64,000 nt of DNA. It comes from Nitrosopumilus sp. Its GTDB lineage: Archaea > Thermoproteota > Nitrososphaeria > Nitrososphaerales > Nitrosopumilaceae. The stretch lies in NCBI GenBank assembly GCA_965197525.1, contig OZ240211.1:800001-864000 (forward strand), written 5' to 3'. The position numbers were made by a program, and so were the translations under genes. Under the pieces are notes generated by a model. The model was not told the DNA's origin and ran no database searches. It saw only the letters and a program-made list of their open reading frames with translations. Shown piece by piece: positions 54,162-64,000 of this stretch; the stretch's first letter is position 1; each line of letters starts with the position of its first letter.

Positions 54162-55075
54162 CTGATATTTTTGCACAACTCAAAGGAGTCCCAAGTGACG
54201 AGGATTACCAAAAAAAAGGGGTAATTGTGCAAGGAATCACAGGAGCATATGGATCATTACACACAAGAAACATGATGACTTATGGCACAAACATAGTTGC
54301 AGGAGTAACACCTGGCAAAGGAGGCCAAAAGTTTGAAGACAAGGTTCCAATATACGATACAATGCAGCAAGCAGTAGATGCAACAGGAGCAAAGATTTCA
54401 ATCATGTTTGTTCCAGCAAAGTATTTCCTAGGAGCGGCAAAAGAAGCATTAGAATCCGGAATCAAACTGCTAGTCGCAATTCCAGAGCATGTTCCAATTA
54501 GAGACACCATGGAGGTATTGAATTTAGCAGATCAGAGAGGGGCAATAATTGTTGGACCAAATACGCCGGGAGTCATGATTCCTGAATTAATCAAGATAGG
54601 GATTATGCCGCCGACACCTTTCAAGGCAGGTAACATAGCAGTACTATCAAAGAGTGGAACATTACTATACGAGATCTCAGATTCTCTCACAAATGCAGGA
54701 TTTGGACAAGCAATTACAATTGGAATCGGAGGCGATCCGATAAATGGCACAAGACTCATTGATGCATTTGACATGATAAAAGACATCTCAGAGTTGGAGG
54801 GTCTAGTAATAGTAGGAGAGATAGGAGGGGATTCTGAAGAGATTTTAGCCCAGAAAATCATAGATTCCGGCTTTAACAAACCTACAGTAGCATACATTGC
54901 AGGCAGAGCAGCACCTAAAGAGAAGAGGATGGGTCATGCAGGAGCAATTGTCATGGGCAACTATGGATCTGCTGAATCCAAGATATCAATGTTCAACAAG
55001 GCAAACATTCCTGTAGCAAAGAGACCTGTTCAAGTGCCCATGCTACTTGCAGGAAAGATGAGAAAATCCGATTAG
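54158..55075 (+). CDS. sucD: succinyl-CoA synthetase alpha subunit
   Basis: VQGITG, GPNTPG, SKSGTL and RMGHAGA. Confidence 0.95.
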   Translation: MTDIFAQLKGVPSDEDYQKKGVIVQGITGAYGSLHTRNMMTYGTNIVAGVTPGKGGQKFEDKVPIYDTMQQAVDATGAKISIMFVPAKYFLGAAKEALESGIKLLVAIPEHVPIRDTMEVLNLADQRGAIIVGPNTPGVMIPELIKIGIMPPTPFKAGNIAVLSKSGTLLYEISDSLTNAGFGQAITIGIGGDPINGTRLIDAFDMIKDISELEGLVIVGEIGGDSEEILAQKIIDSGFNKPTVAYIAGRAAPKEKRMGHAGAIVMGNYGSAESKISMFNKANIPVAKRPVQVPMLLAGKMRKSD

Positions 55076-55105
55076 AATAAAAGAGAGATACCCGAGTGAT
55101 ATTTA

Positions 55106-55273
55106 ATGCCAATTACTGACCCAGAAAAGAAACGAATAGCACAGCAAGCGCGTCTTGTAATGAAAATATGTTTCAAATGTGGTTGCAGAAATGATATTCA
55201 GGCAACACGATGCAGAAAATGCAGAAATCCATACCTGAGACTAAAGAACAGAAACCTAGGTATCAAAAAGTAA
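55106..55273 (+). CDS. rpl40e: 50S ribosomal protein L40e
   Basis: Manual translation MPITDPEKKRIAQQARLVMKICFKCGCRNDIQATRCRKCRNPYLRLKNRNLGIKK. Confidence 0.92.
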   Translation: MPITDPEKKRIAQQARLVMKICFKCGCRNDIQATRCRKCRNPYLRLKNRNLGIKK

Positions 55274-55277
55274 CCAG

Positions 55278-55541
55278 TTAGCAACTCGCCAATTCTTGTC
55301 TATAATCTGTAATTAACGATTTGAGCTCGTCATGGTAACGTAGTACAAATGACTTTGCAGCATCTTTGCTTTCCAACTCTTCAAAAGTTATTTGGAGATG
55401 TTCAGGTAGCTGGTTATTCATCTGAAATAAGATTTTAGCTGCATCAACGTATTGTCCCAAGTTATCAGCATACTCAAATGCCAGATTCATCTTGTCAATT
55501 ACAGCATCAAACTCTTGAAGAAGAGGAGGAAGAGTAGACAT
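55278..55541 (-). CDS. hypothetical protein
   Basis: 87-aa helical ORF. Confidence 0.65.
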   Translation of the reverse strand: MSTLPPLLQEFDAVIDKMNLAFEYADNLGQYVDAAKILFQMNNQLPEHLQITFEELESKDAAKSFVLRYHDELKSLITDYRQELASC

Positions 55542-55634
55542 GCAGTTAGTTGTTATGGATTGTATAAAAGATCAAGGTAATTACGATATAACTGAACCTA
55601 AAGACAAAAAAATACCTTTTTTGGTATCAATGTT

Positions 55635-55730
55635 GGACTGGTCGTCTAGTTTGGTTTGGATGACGCACTCACACTGCGTAAGGAGTGTCAACTCCCGCAA
55701 AGGTCGTGGGTTCAAATCCCGCCCGGTCCA
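55635..55730 (+). tRNA. tRNA-Val(CAC) with a 21-nt intron at non-canonical position 44/45
   Basis: GGACTGG/CCGGTCC acceptor, ACGCA-CTCACAC-TGCGT anticodon arm; BHB motif TGCG-TAA-GGAG / CTCC-CGCA-AAG; intron 55681-55701. Confidence 0.85.
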
Positions 55731-55816
55731 TTACATCTGTTTTGATTGACTGTTTGCTTTGACGATAATTTTTCCGTTGGACAAGACATCAACATATTCC
55801 CATGTTCGGTTACTGA

Positions 55817-56104
55817 CTATTTCAATGGAATTGAGCTCTTTTCCAAATCAACTAACCCTGACTTGTTTTTTGCAAATATCCAGAATACTGCACCGTTCTT
55901 ATCATATGCTATTTTGTTCGATTCTTCCAGATATGCCAAAACTTTCTTGAATGTGGCATGTTGCACGCCACGTGGCAGTGCATTATACAGCTCTGTCACA
56001 GTTCTAAAATCGTGGTGGGATTCTATTGTTTGCTCTATCATCTGTACCGTATCTAGATTGGGGCTGTGGATCTTTCTCTTTGGGATAATAGTACTTTTAC
56101 TCAT
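55817..56104 (-). CDS. small wHTH-like hypothetical protein
   Basis: PNLDTVQMIEQTI...TELYNALPR..QHATFKKVLAYLEESNKI; start at MSKST. Confidence 0.6.
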   Translation of the reverse strand: MSKSTIIPKRKIHSPNLDTVQMIEQTIESHHDFRTVTELYNALPRGVQHATFKKVLAYLEESNKIAYDKNGAVFWIFAKNKSGLVDLEKSSIPLK

Positions 56105-56483
56105 ACAAGATAATGTACATAATTGTATATATACATAACTGTATATATACATAATTGTGTACTTGGAGATGAAATTGTACCCAAAATTTAGCCGATTCCA
56201 TTCCCAAATTAAGCAAACTTGGCAATATAAAGTAGATATTACATGCACACATACAATATTGCAAATGCACGCTTTCAGTCTTGATTGTACAACCACACAT
56301 GACAATTATGGTAATGATATGCGTAGTTAACGACGCAAATATCTATGTGTGCTCTAAAAGTTTTCATGGTGAAACCTGAAAATGCCTTGTTATCAAGTCA
56401 AATCTCAAAGGATTCAACCCCTCGACACGCAACAGGAGAAATTACCACGCGCGAATGCAACAGAACCTGATCCACTTATTCAT

Positions 56484-56625
56484 CCACCTAAATTAACAGT
56501 CCGTAGATTTAACAGTCTTAAAACAGACCGTAATCCATATCCCTAATTTAACAGTCTTAAAAATAAACACAGTGTTATCTCCCGAATTGAAGAGTAACTT
56601 GAAATCTCCCTAATTTTTAAGTGTA
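56484..56625. repeat. third copy of the 39-bp-period super-unit seen at 25067-25350
   Basis: Cores at 56509, 56548 and 56587; tail gaaatctccctaa...gtgta. Confidence 0.65.
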
Positions 56626-58948
56626 AAAATTATAGATGCTTCAGGTGTTCCCCATCACATACTCTAACGCAACCCTAAACTCGTCTAGGGTTATCAGTTC
56701 TTTTACCACCAGTGGTGCAAGATCAGTCATGACCCAGGCAGGTATGTCTGCTCCCAGGTAACTCAGGCCCATGACAGCTAGCAATTGGCCGTCGTCTGCT
56801 ATCTCAGATTCAAATCCGGACCACATGCGCAGTACAAGCAATGCACGGTCATAGTCAAAGTCATCTGCAAAAGTCTCAGTCCCAAGTTCTGGACTAGGTA
56901 CTGCAGGTAACCGTGGCTCTGGGTCCACCACTGTTACTTGGGGCTCTGGGTCCACCTCCACAGGTATGACATTTAGCGCATCAACGATTATGACGATTGA
57001 AGATTTGTGGTCTGCGTTCCAAGTCCTGATTACCATATTGGTATTCCCTATCGCATCTGCAAACGTGATATCAAGTGTTACTGTCTTCTCAGTGGAATCA
57101 TCAGGGTCAGTTGATACGGTAAGTGAGGCATCTGACAACAGGTTTTGAGGATCAACTATGTTGGTTTGGCCTCTGTTGTATTCCACGTATGTATCACTGT
57201 TCGTGTATAATGTGTCATCATCTTGAAGGTTCAGGTATACTGCAAAGTAGAGTATGTCAAGTCTGTCGTGTGCCGTAAAACTCATGGATATGGGTTGGTC
57301 TACTACAACCTCCAGCGGCGTGGCATTATGGTTTACCCTGTTTTGAGCATTGTAACTCTGGCCGTTTATCTCAAGTGTATCCACAGATGGTGGTGCGGTA
57401 CCTGACTTTTTGGACTCGAGTAGTATTATGGCCGCATCAACAAATGATTCCAAAGGTTTGCCTGACTCGTCTACAATATCGCCTGTGCTACTGTCGTATG
57501 AGAGCATGTCCCCACGAGACAGTGGACCATCAAGTAGTAACGTAAGGGTGTCTGTGCCACTTCCGGTGATGGATTCCACTGTGACTGTATTACCAGAAGA
57601 AGAAGAAGATACTGTAAATCCGTTGGAGTCTGTTCCGCGGGTGTTGACTGACTCAGAGAATGCCAACGTTATAGAAGAACCAGAGCCCCGTACAGATACA
57701 TGGCGTGGAGCTATGTCATTTATTGTAACTGATACCAGTTCGGATGCGGTGCCGCCCTGGCCGTCAGAGACAGTCACATTAATGGAATATACACCGTCCT
57801 GGGACTGGTCAGGCCTCCAAGAGAACGAGCCGTCCCGAGTGATTGATGTGCCGCGTGGCCTGTCTGCCCCGTCACCAAGTGAGAATGTCAGAGAGTTAGG
57901 AGAGCCTTGGTATATGTCATCGTCCCGGGCTGTTGCATCAAACTCGAGTGTGTCTGTCTCATCTATGGTCTGTCCACCTATTGAATCAAGTACAGGATTC
58001 TGATTTACCTCAGTTACAGTTATCTGGACATCCTGCAAGTCAGTGCCGCCGCCGCCGCCGTTACCGTCAGAGACCTGTACGGTTATGGTATGGATGCCAT
58101 CCTGTGTCTCAGTTGGCGTCCATGAGAACACTCCGGTGTTGGCATCCATCGTGGCACCGTCAGGTATCGGCTCGATAAGGGAGTATGTCAGAGGATGGTT
58201 ATCAGGATCAGTTGCTTCAGCAGTGAACGTGAGGGGTGTAAGCTCATCTCCAGTCTGTGATGGGATATTATTCAGTACGGGTAACTGGTTGACTAGGTAG
58301 GCCTCATTAGAGCCTACCACTGCCGTGTCAGTCAGACCGTTGTTTGCAGCATCCTGTATGTCGTGTCCTGATGCGATATCCAATCCTATGGTTCCACTAG
58401 CGGTTACTGTGACTGTTACCCGATATGATGCACCATCACCTGATACGCCAGATATTGTACCCGTGCCGGTGCCTGTTACTGTAAAGTCAGTAGCATCATC
58501 CACATTGATGACTGATTCATCAAACGTGACAGCAAACACTAGGGTAGTGTCAGATGTGGATTCAGTTAGAGGGGTGTGGCGCAGTATGGAGGCAATACGT
58601 GGTGGAGTATTGTCTACCACCGTGACTGTGTAGGTCTCATCATTGTCGGTAGGTGCCAGGTCGGTCAGATCGTTGTCTGCAGCATCCTTGATGTCGTGTC
58701 CTGGTGCGATATCCAAGCCGATGGTTCCAACATCAGTTACTGTAACTGTTACGGTGTATGACGTATCGGTGCCTGTTACTCCAGATATTGAACCTGTGCC
58801 AGTGCCTGTTACTGTAAAGTCAGCAGCATCCACGTTGGTTACCGGTTCATCAAACGTGACAGCAAACACTAGGGTGGTAGCAGTTGTGGATTCAGCAAGA
58901 GGGGTGTTGCGCAGTATGGATACAACACTAGGTGGAGTACTATCTAAT

Positions 58949-59549
58949 GGAGGCTGGTTGGGGACTGGCACATTGTTTACCGTGACATCGTAGGTGGCAG
59001 ATGCCGGGGCCCCGTCGTTGTCTGTTACTGTGAGGGTAAATGTAACTTGAGTGTCCGAGGATACCTGTGACGCAGTGTACTGCAGGGTTGCTGTGTTACC
59101 AGACGTTATCGTGACAGCAGATGTGTTATCCACGCTCCACGCGTATGTGGATATGGTGCCGTCGGGATCATCAGCGGTGCCTGTGAGCGTGCCAGATGCG
59201 CTCTCGTTGATTGTAGCGGCACCGGTTATGCTGACAGTCGGAGGCTGGTTGGGGACTGGCACATTGTTTACCGTGACATCGTAGGTGGCAGATGCCGGGG
59301 CCCCGTCGTTGTCTGTTACTGTGAGGGTAAATGTAACTTGAGTGTCCGAGGATACCTGTGACGCAGTGTACTGCAGGGTTGCTGTGTTACCAGACGTTAT
59401 CGTGACAGCAGATGTGTTATCCACGCTCCACGCGTATGTGGATATGGTGCCGTCGGGATCATCAGCGGTGCCTGTGAGCGTGCCAGATGCGCTCTCGTTG
59501 ATTGTAGCGGCACCGGTTATGCTGACAGTCGGAGACTGGTTGGGGACTG
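58949..59549. repeat. two essentially identical 291-bp tandem repeats (97-aa PKD/Ig-like domain)
   Basis: ggaggctggttgggg recurs at 58949 and 59240, with a partial third start at 59531. Confidence 0.9.
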
Positions 59550-59556
59550 CTGCCAT

Positions 59557-60640
59557 GATCGGATAGACGGAACTCAGTGTGTACTCGTTTATGTCGTCTC
59601 CATCATCACCCACCACGAACATCTTGGTGCCGTTGCTTGAAAATGCCATGCCTGTCGGAGAAGTTTCCTGCGCCGAGACGTCAAAGGCGTCGACAAAGGT
59701 CGCAGTGGAGACATCCCACGGGGAGGTCAGGTTGTACTCGTTTATGTTGTTATAGAATTCACCCACCACGAACATCTTGGTGCCGTTGCTTGAAAATGCC
59801 ATGCCTGACAGAATAAAATCCTGCGCCGAGACGGAGGTAGCGTCAACAAAGGTCGCAGTGGAGACATCCCACGGGGAGGTCAGGTTGTACTCGTTTATGT
59901 CGTCTCCATCATTACCCACCACGAACATCTTGGTGCCGTTGCTTGAAAATGCCATGCCTGTCGGAGTATTATCCTGCGCCGAGACGTCAAAGGCGTCGAC
60001 AAAGGTCGCAGTGGAGACATCCCACGGGGAGGTCAGGTTGTACTCGTTTATGTCGTCTCCATCATTACCCACCACGAACATCTTGGTGCCGTTGCTTGAA
60101 AATGCCATGCCTCGTGGTTTAGTATCCTGCGCCGAGACGTCAAAGGCGTCGACAAAGGTCGCAGTGGAGACATCCCACGGGGAGGTCAGGTTGTACTCGT
60201 TTATGTCTTCGTCGAACCAGCCCACCACGAACATCTTGATGCCGTTGCTTGAAAATGCCATGCCTGTCGGAGTACTATCCTGCGCCGAGACGTTAAAGGC
60301 GTCGACAAAGGATGCCGTGCTGACATCAAACGTGCTCATGATGGGGTTCCCGGCAGTGTCACTTACCGCCCCGGGTTCTATGGTCAGCTCCAGCGTGGTC
60401 AGCCCCGCGACAGTTGCATTGTGCGACGCAGTCAGTGTAAACGAGATCGTGGTGCCATCTGTGTTGGTATCAAGTTCTGCTGCAGTCAGTGTCACACCTC
60501 CGGTGTATGTGCCCGACTCCCTTATGTGTATTTTGGATGTATCGACCTCTGTTTTGGGCGTCGCATCTATGTCCTCTGAAAAGGTAATACTCAGCACACC
60601 TGTACCCGCATCAAGATCAGAGGAGACGAAGACTGGGGGC
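59557..60640. repeat. about 1.08-kb module duplicated at 62584-63667 (Ig-like domain plus five 153-bp repeats)
   Basis: Both ends match at a constant offset of 3027 bp. Confidence 0.9.
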
Positions 60641-60804
60641 GTGGCATCACGCACGGTTATCGTGACTGTCTCCGAATCGCTCCCTCCGTTGCTGTCTGAG
60701 ACCTGTACAGTCACGGTATGGATGCCGTTCTGCGATTCTGTTGGTGTCCATGTGAACACGCCGGTGGCCGAGTTTATAGAGGCGCCTGTCGGGGCATCTG
60801 CATA

Positions 60805-62469
60805 CTATTCTGATTAAAGATCCGGACAAAATCGCTTTCACCATTGAAATCTAAATTAGATGTTCAAAAACAAGACAATCAACTAAGATATGGAAGTGTC
60901 TTGAATAATACACGCAGTGCTAGAAGAGATCCGGATGTACATAGCCGTCACACGGTAATAATAACACAGAATGATCTGTTCAGTGTGCAGATATTTTGTG
61001 TATGCTGATCACTGTTGTATGATTGTAGGGCCTACAGGTATGATCCGCGGAGGGTGCCACGGCCCGTTTTGATTTTTGAGGGCCTCCTGCATATATCTGA
61101 ACAGTTTGACTATGGCCACTTCTCTGCTGTGCAACAGCTGCCTGATCCTCTTTTGCAGCTCGTCTAGCCCTCCAAAAAACATGTCTGCAACTGCACGCCT
61201 TATCTCGCGCCACTGTATCTCGATTGGATTGTGCTGCGGGGTACGGGGAGGTAGAAACCACAAGATGACATCGCCCTTGGTGCTTTTAATATAGTTGCCC
61301 ATCTGTCTGCCGGTGTGGGCTGCCGCGTTGTCAAGTATTACAAACACCTTGCCGTACCTGTATCTGAGATACTCCAAAAGTGCAATCGTACTATTGGCAT
61401 CCGTCTTTTGATGGAACTGTATGTCAAGCGTGCCCAGTCCCAGTGCCCCTATGATCTTTATGCTCTTTTTTGAAAAATTAATCTGGACCGTGTCCTTTCC
61501 GCCTTTTGCCCGTATGCCCCGCGTCGATGAGGGCGCATCTACAAAGGCTGCGGCGTCCACACATACTGCTTTGTAATGCTTGTTGTCATATTTTTTGAGC
61601 ATCTTTATGGTTTCGCAGATGTATTCATCCTGCTTTTCAGGCGTGGCACAGTTGTACGGCACGGGTCTTGCATATCTGACAGAGAAACCAATCTTTTTTG
61701 TCAGCTGTAACGCGCCGCTTGCACCGTACGCCACTTTGAACCTGTTTTTGATATGACAGGCGACAATCTTTGCGGTCCACGAACCACGCAGAAAACCGCA
61801 TTCTGCAGGACTTTTGCCAAGATCCATTCTCAGTCTGTTTTTTTGCTTGACAGAGAGGCGACACGGCCTTCCCGGACTCTTCCTGTCGTGTATGCGTTTG
61901 ATTCCTCCGACGGCCAGACGCAGCAGCCACCCATAGACGGTACTTTTTGCAACTCCAAGAGCTTGGGATATCTGCCTGAATGAACTGCATTGCTTTCTGA
62001 GTCTGACTGCCTGTAGCACGCACTTGACCTTGTAATCCGTGCTGCCTGCGTGCAGTGATTCAATGTCTGCCATATCGACATCTGGAAGAAAGATTTCCCT
62101 CGTTCCACTATACATGCAGCAGGGACATCCGTACTATGCAAGATATTTCTGCGTCTCATACCGGTCCGACCCTTCTGCCATACCGCGCGTAGTTAGTTGG
62201 GATTAACTTGCAGTGAAGAAAAAATTTACATACGTTCTTAAGCGTTGTTCCTGTGAGTGTTTGTTGTGTGCGTCCCTTCATTTGTGGATATCTGAAGGGA
62301 TTTCACACTGTATGTTATTGTCAGAGACGGTATCAATTACGTTTGCAGTAAACTGATTTAAAACGTAAGGCACGCACATGCAGGATTGATCAGATCGTGT
62401 TGATTACCCATTCACGCATCTGTTGTAGGAACTTTTTCTAGAAAGTGTCCGGATCTTTAATCAGAATAG
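60805..62469 (-). mobile_element. complete IS630-family element (1665 bp)
   Basis: 24-bp TIR ctattctgattaaagatccggaca (60805-60828 / 62446-62469); TA duplication at 60803-60804 and 62470-62471. Confidence 0.93.
61009..62115 (-). CDS. IS630-family transposase (HTH plus DDE)
   Basis: DRKSPGRP, SWTAKIV, VCVDAAAF, ILDNAAAH and HNPIEIQW in a single ORF. Confidence 0.92.
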   Translation of the reverse strand: MYSGTREIFLPDVDMADIESLHAGSTDYKVKCVLQAVRLRKQCSSFRQISQALGVAKSTVYGWLLRLAVGGIKRIHDRKSPGRPCRLSVKQKNRLRMDLGKSPAECGFLRGSWTAKIVACHIKNRFKVAYGASGALQLTKKIGFSVRYARPVPYNCATPEKQDEYICETIKMLKKYDNKHYKAVCVDAAAFVDAPSSTRGIRAKGGKDTVQINFSKKSIKIIGALGLGTLDIQFHQKTDANSTIALLEYLRYRYGKVFVILDNAAAHTGRQMGNYIKSTKGDVILWFLPPRTPQHNPIEIQWREIRRAVADMFFGGLDELQKRIRQLLHSREVAIVKLFRYMQEALKNQNGPWHPPRIIPVGPTIIQQ

Positions 62470-63939
62470 TATGCACCTAGCGAGTACATCATGGTGTCAG
62501 CAACTGCAGTAAAGGTGAGTGTTTCGCTCGTTTACGCTATGCGCCCCGATGGGCTGCAGCACCGGTGCCCGGTTTGATACCGCGATCGGATAGACGGAAC
62601 TCAGTGTGTACTCGTTTATGTCGTCTCCATTACTACCCACCACGAACATCTTGGTGCCGTTGCTTGAAAATGCCATGCCTGTCGGAAAAAGATCCTGCGC
62701 CGTGACGTCAAAGGCGTCGACAAAGGTCGCAGTGGAGACATCCCACGGGGAGGTCAGGTTGTACTCGTTTATGTCGTCTCCATTACTACCCACCACGAAC
62801 ATCTTGGTGCCGTTGCTTGAAAATGCCATGCCTGTCGGAGAAGTTTCCTGCGCCGAGACGTCAAAGGCGTCGACAAAGGTCGCAGTGGAGACATCCCACG
62901 GGGAGGTCAGGTTGTACTCGTTTATGTCGTCTCCATCATTACCCACCACGAACATCTTGGTGCCGTTGCTTGAAAATGCCATGCCTGTCGGAGTATTATC
63001 CTGCGCCGAGACGTCAAAGGCGTCGACAAAGGTCGCAGTGGAGACATCCCACGGGGAGGTCAGGTTGTACTCGTTTATGTCGTCTCCATCATTACCCACC
63101 ACGAACATCTTGGTGCCGTTGCTTGAAAATGCCATGCCTCGTGGTTTAGTATCCTGCGCCGAGACGTCAAAGGCGTCGACAAAGGTCGCAGTGGAGACAT
63201 CCCACGGGGAGGTCAGGTTGTACTCGTTTATGTCTTCGTCGAACCAGCCCACCACGAACATCTTGATGCCGTTGCTTGAAAATGCCATGCCTGTCGGAGT
63301 ACTATCCTGCGCCGTGACGTTAAAGGCGTCGACAAAGGATGCCGTGCTGACATCAAACGTGCTCATGATGGGGTTCCCGGCAGTGTCACTTACCGCCCCG
63401 GGTTCTATGGTCAGCTCCGGCGTGCTCATTCCCGCGACAGTTGCAAGGTGTGACGTAGTAAGTGTAAATGAGATTGTGGTGTCGTCTGCGTTGGTATCAA
63501 GTTCTGCTACAGTCAGTGTCACACCTCCAGTATAGGTGCCCGACTCCCTTATGTGTATTTTGGATGTATCGATCTCTGTTTTGGGCGTCGCGTCTATGTC
63601 CTCTGAAAAGGTAATACTCAGCACACCTGTACCCGCATCAAGATCAGAGGAGACAAAGGTTGGGGGGGTGCTGTCTTGAACCTGCGCAAACGCATATTCT
63701 AACAACAGCCACGCGAATACGGTATCACCAGACGGAGGCCACGCATTCAGAACGGCAACACCGCCGTCCCAGGTGGGCGCGCCGGTCAAGCCTCCAGGCT
63801 GCATGATCAAGAGCCCGGCCGTCACCACAAGCGCCAGCGCCGCGATTGCCACGGTTCTGCCGTCTCTTCTATTCCTCAGACCACACACACCCCCCCCCCC
63901 CACAACATTCTTCAGACTAGCTAAAACAACTATAGTCAA
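62470..63939 (-). pseudogene. N-terminal part of the giant surface protein; frameshift near 62526
   Basis: Signal/TM region, Ig-like domain and five 51-aa repeats; after a frameshift at about 62526 the frame reads ETLTFTAVADTMMYSLGA into the IS630 TA. Confidence 0.85.
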
Positions 63940-64000
63940 TATTGCAGTCAGAGAGGAGTTTGAGAATGGGATATTGTATGTATAGAGTCTGTTTTTACTA

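Larger units (their letters stand above)
56641..60804 (-). pseudogene. C-terminal part of a giant surface protein (51-aa propeller-type repeats, PKD/cadherin/Ig-like domains), cut off by IS630
   Basis: 1372-aa ORF; its frame extends to the TA at the IS630 boundary (YADAPTGASINSATGVFTW). Confidence 0.85.

Noticed and set aside
53441-54232. Long antisense ORFs (e.g. 53441-54232, 59777-60817, 62606-63535, 2126-2800)
   Set aside because: They are shadows of well-supported genes on the opposite strand and have no motifs of their own.
59557-63667. CRISPR array or DGR template/variable repeat pair
   Set aside because: The repeats are in-frame coding units, the differences are not restricted to adenines, and no reverse transcriptase is in the window.

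Overview
Archaeal DNA, most likely from an ammonia-oxidising thaumarchaeote (Nitrosopumilaceae). The evidence is PEFG-CTERM and CFI-box surface proteins, the mvk-ipk-idi-GGPPS cluster, archaeal rps2/eno/rpoN/rpl40e and archaeal tRNAs. The IS load, pseudogenes, microsatellite expansions and a giant repeat surface protein suggest a host-associated lineage (inference). Core genes alternate with accessory patches: a metal-handling cluster (3.9-15.5 kb), two AbiE pairs, a RelE-type TA pair, IS630 elements and an interrupted giant surface-protein gene (56.6-63.9 kb). The main result is a family of five elements carrying tnpB or its 3' end. They are not bounded like canonical IS200/IS605 elements. 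They have 18-25 bp terminal inverted repeats starting GGTTCTGT, and three of them have exact 8-bp target-site duplications, which is an IS6-like DDE signature. Three carry full tnpB ORFs with intact catalytic motifs, and two are ~400-bp mini-elements keeping only the tnpB 3' end (the putative omegaRNA region). In all five, a short segment lies between the conserved scaffold end and the TIR; it differs among copies (A and B nearly identical) and may be an internally carried guide.
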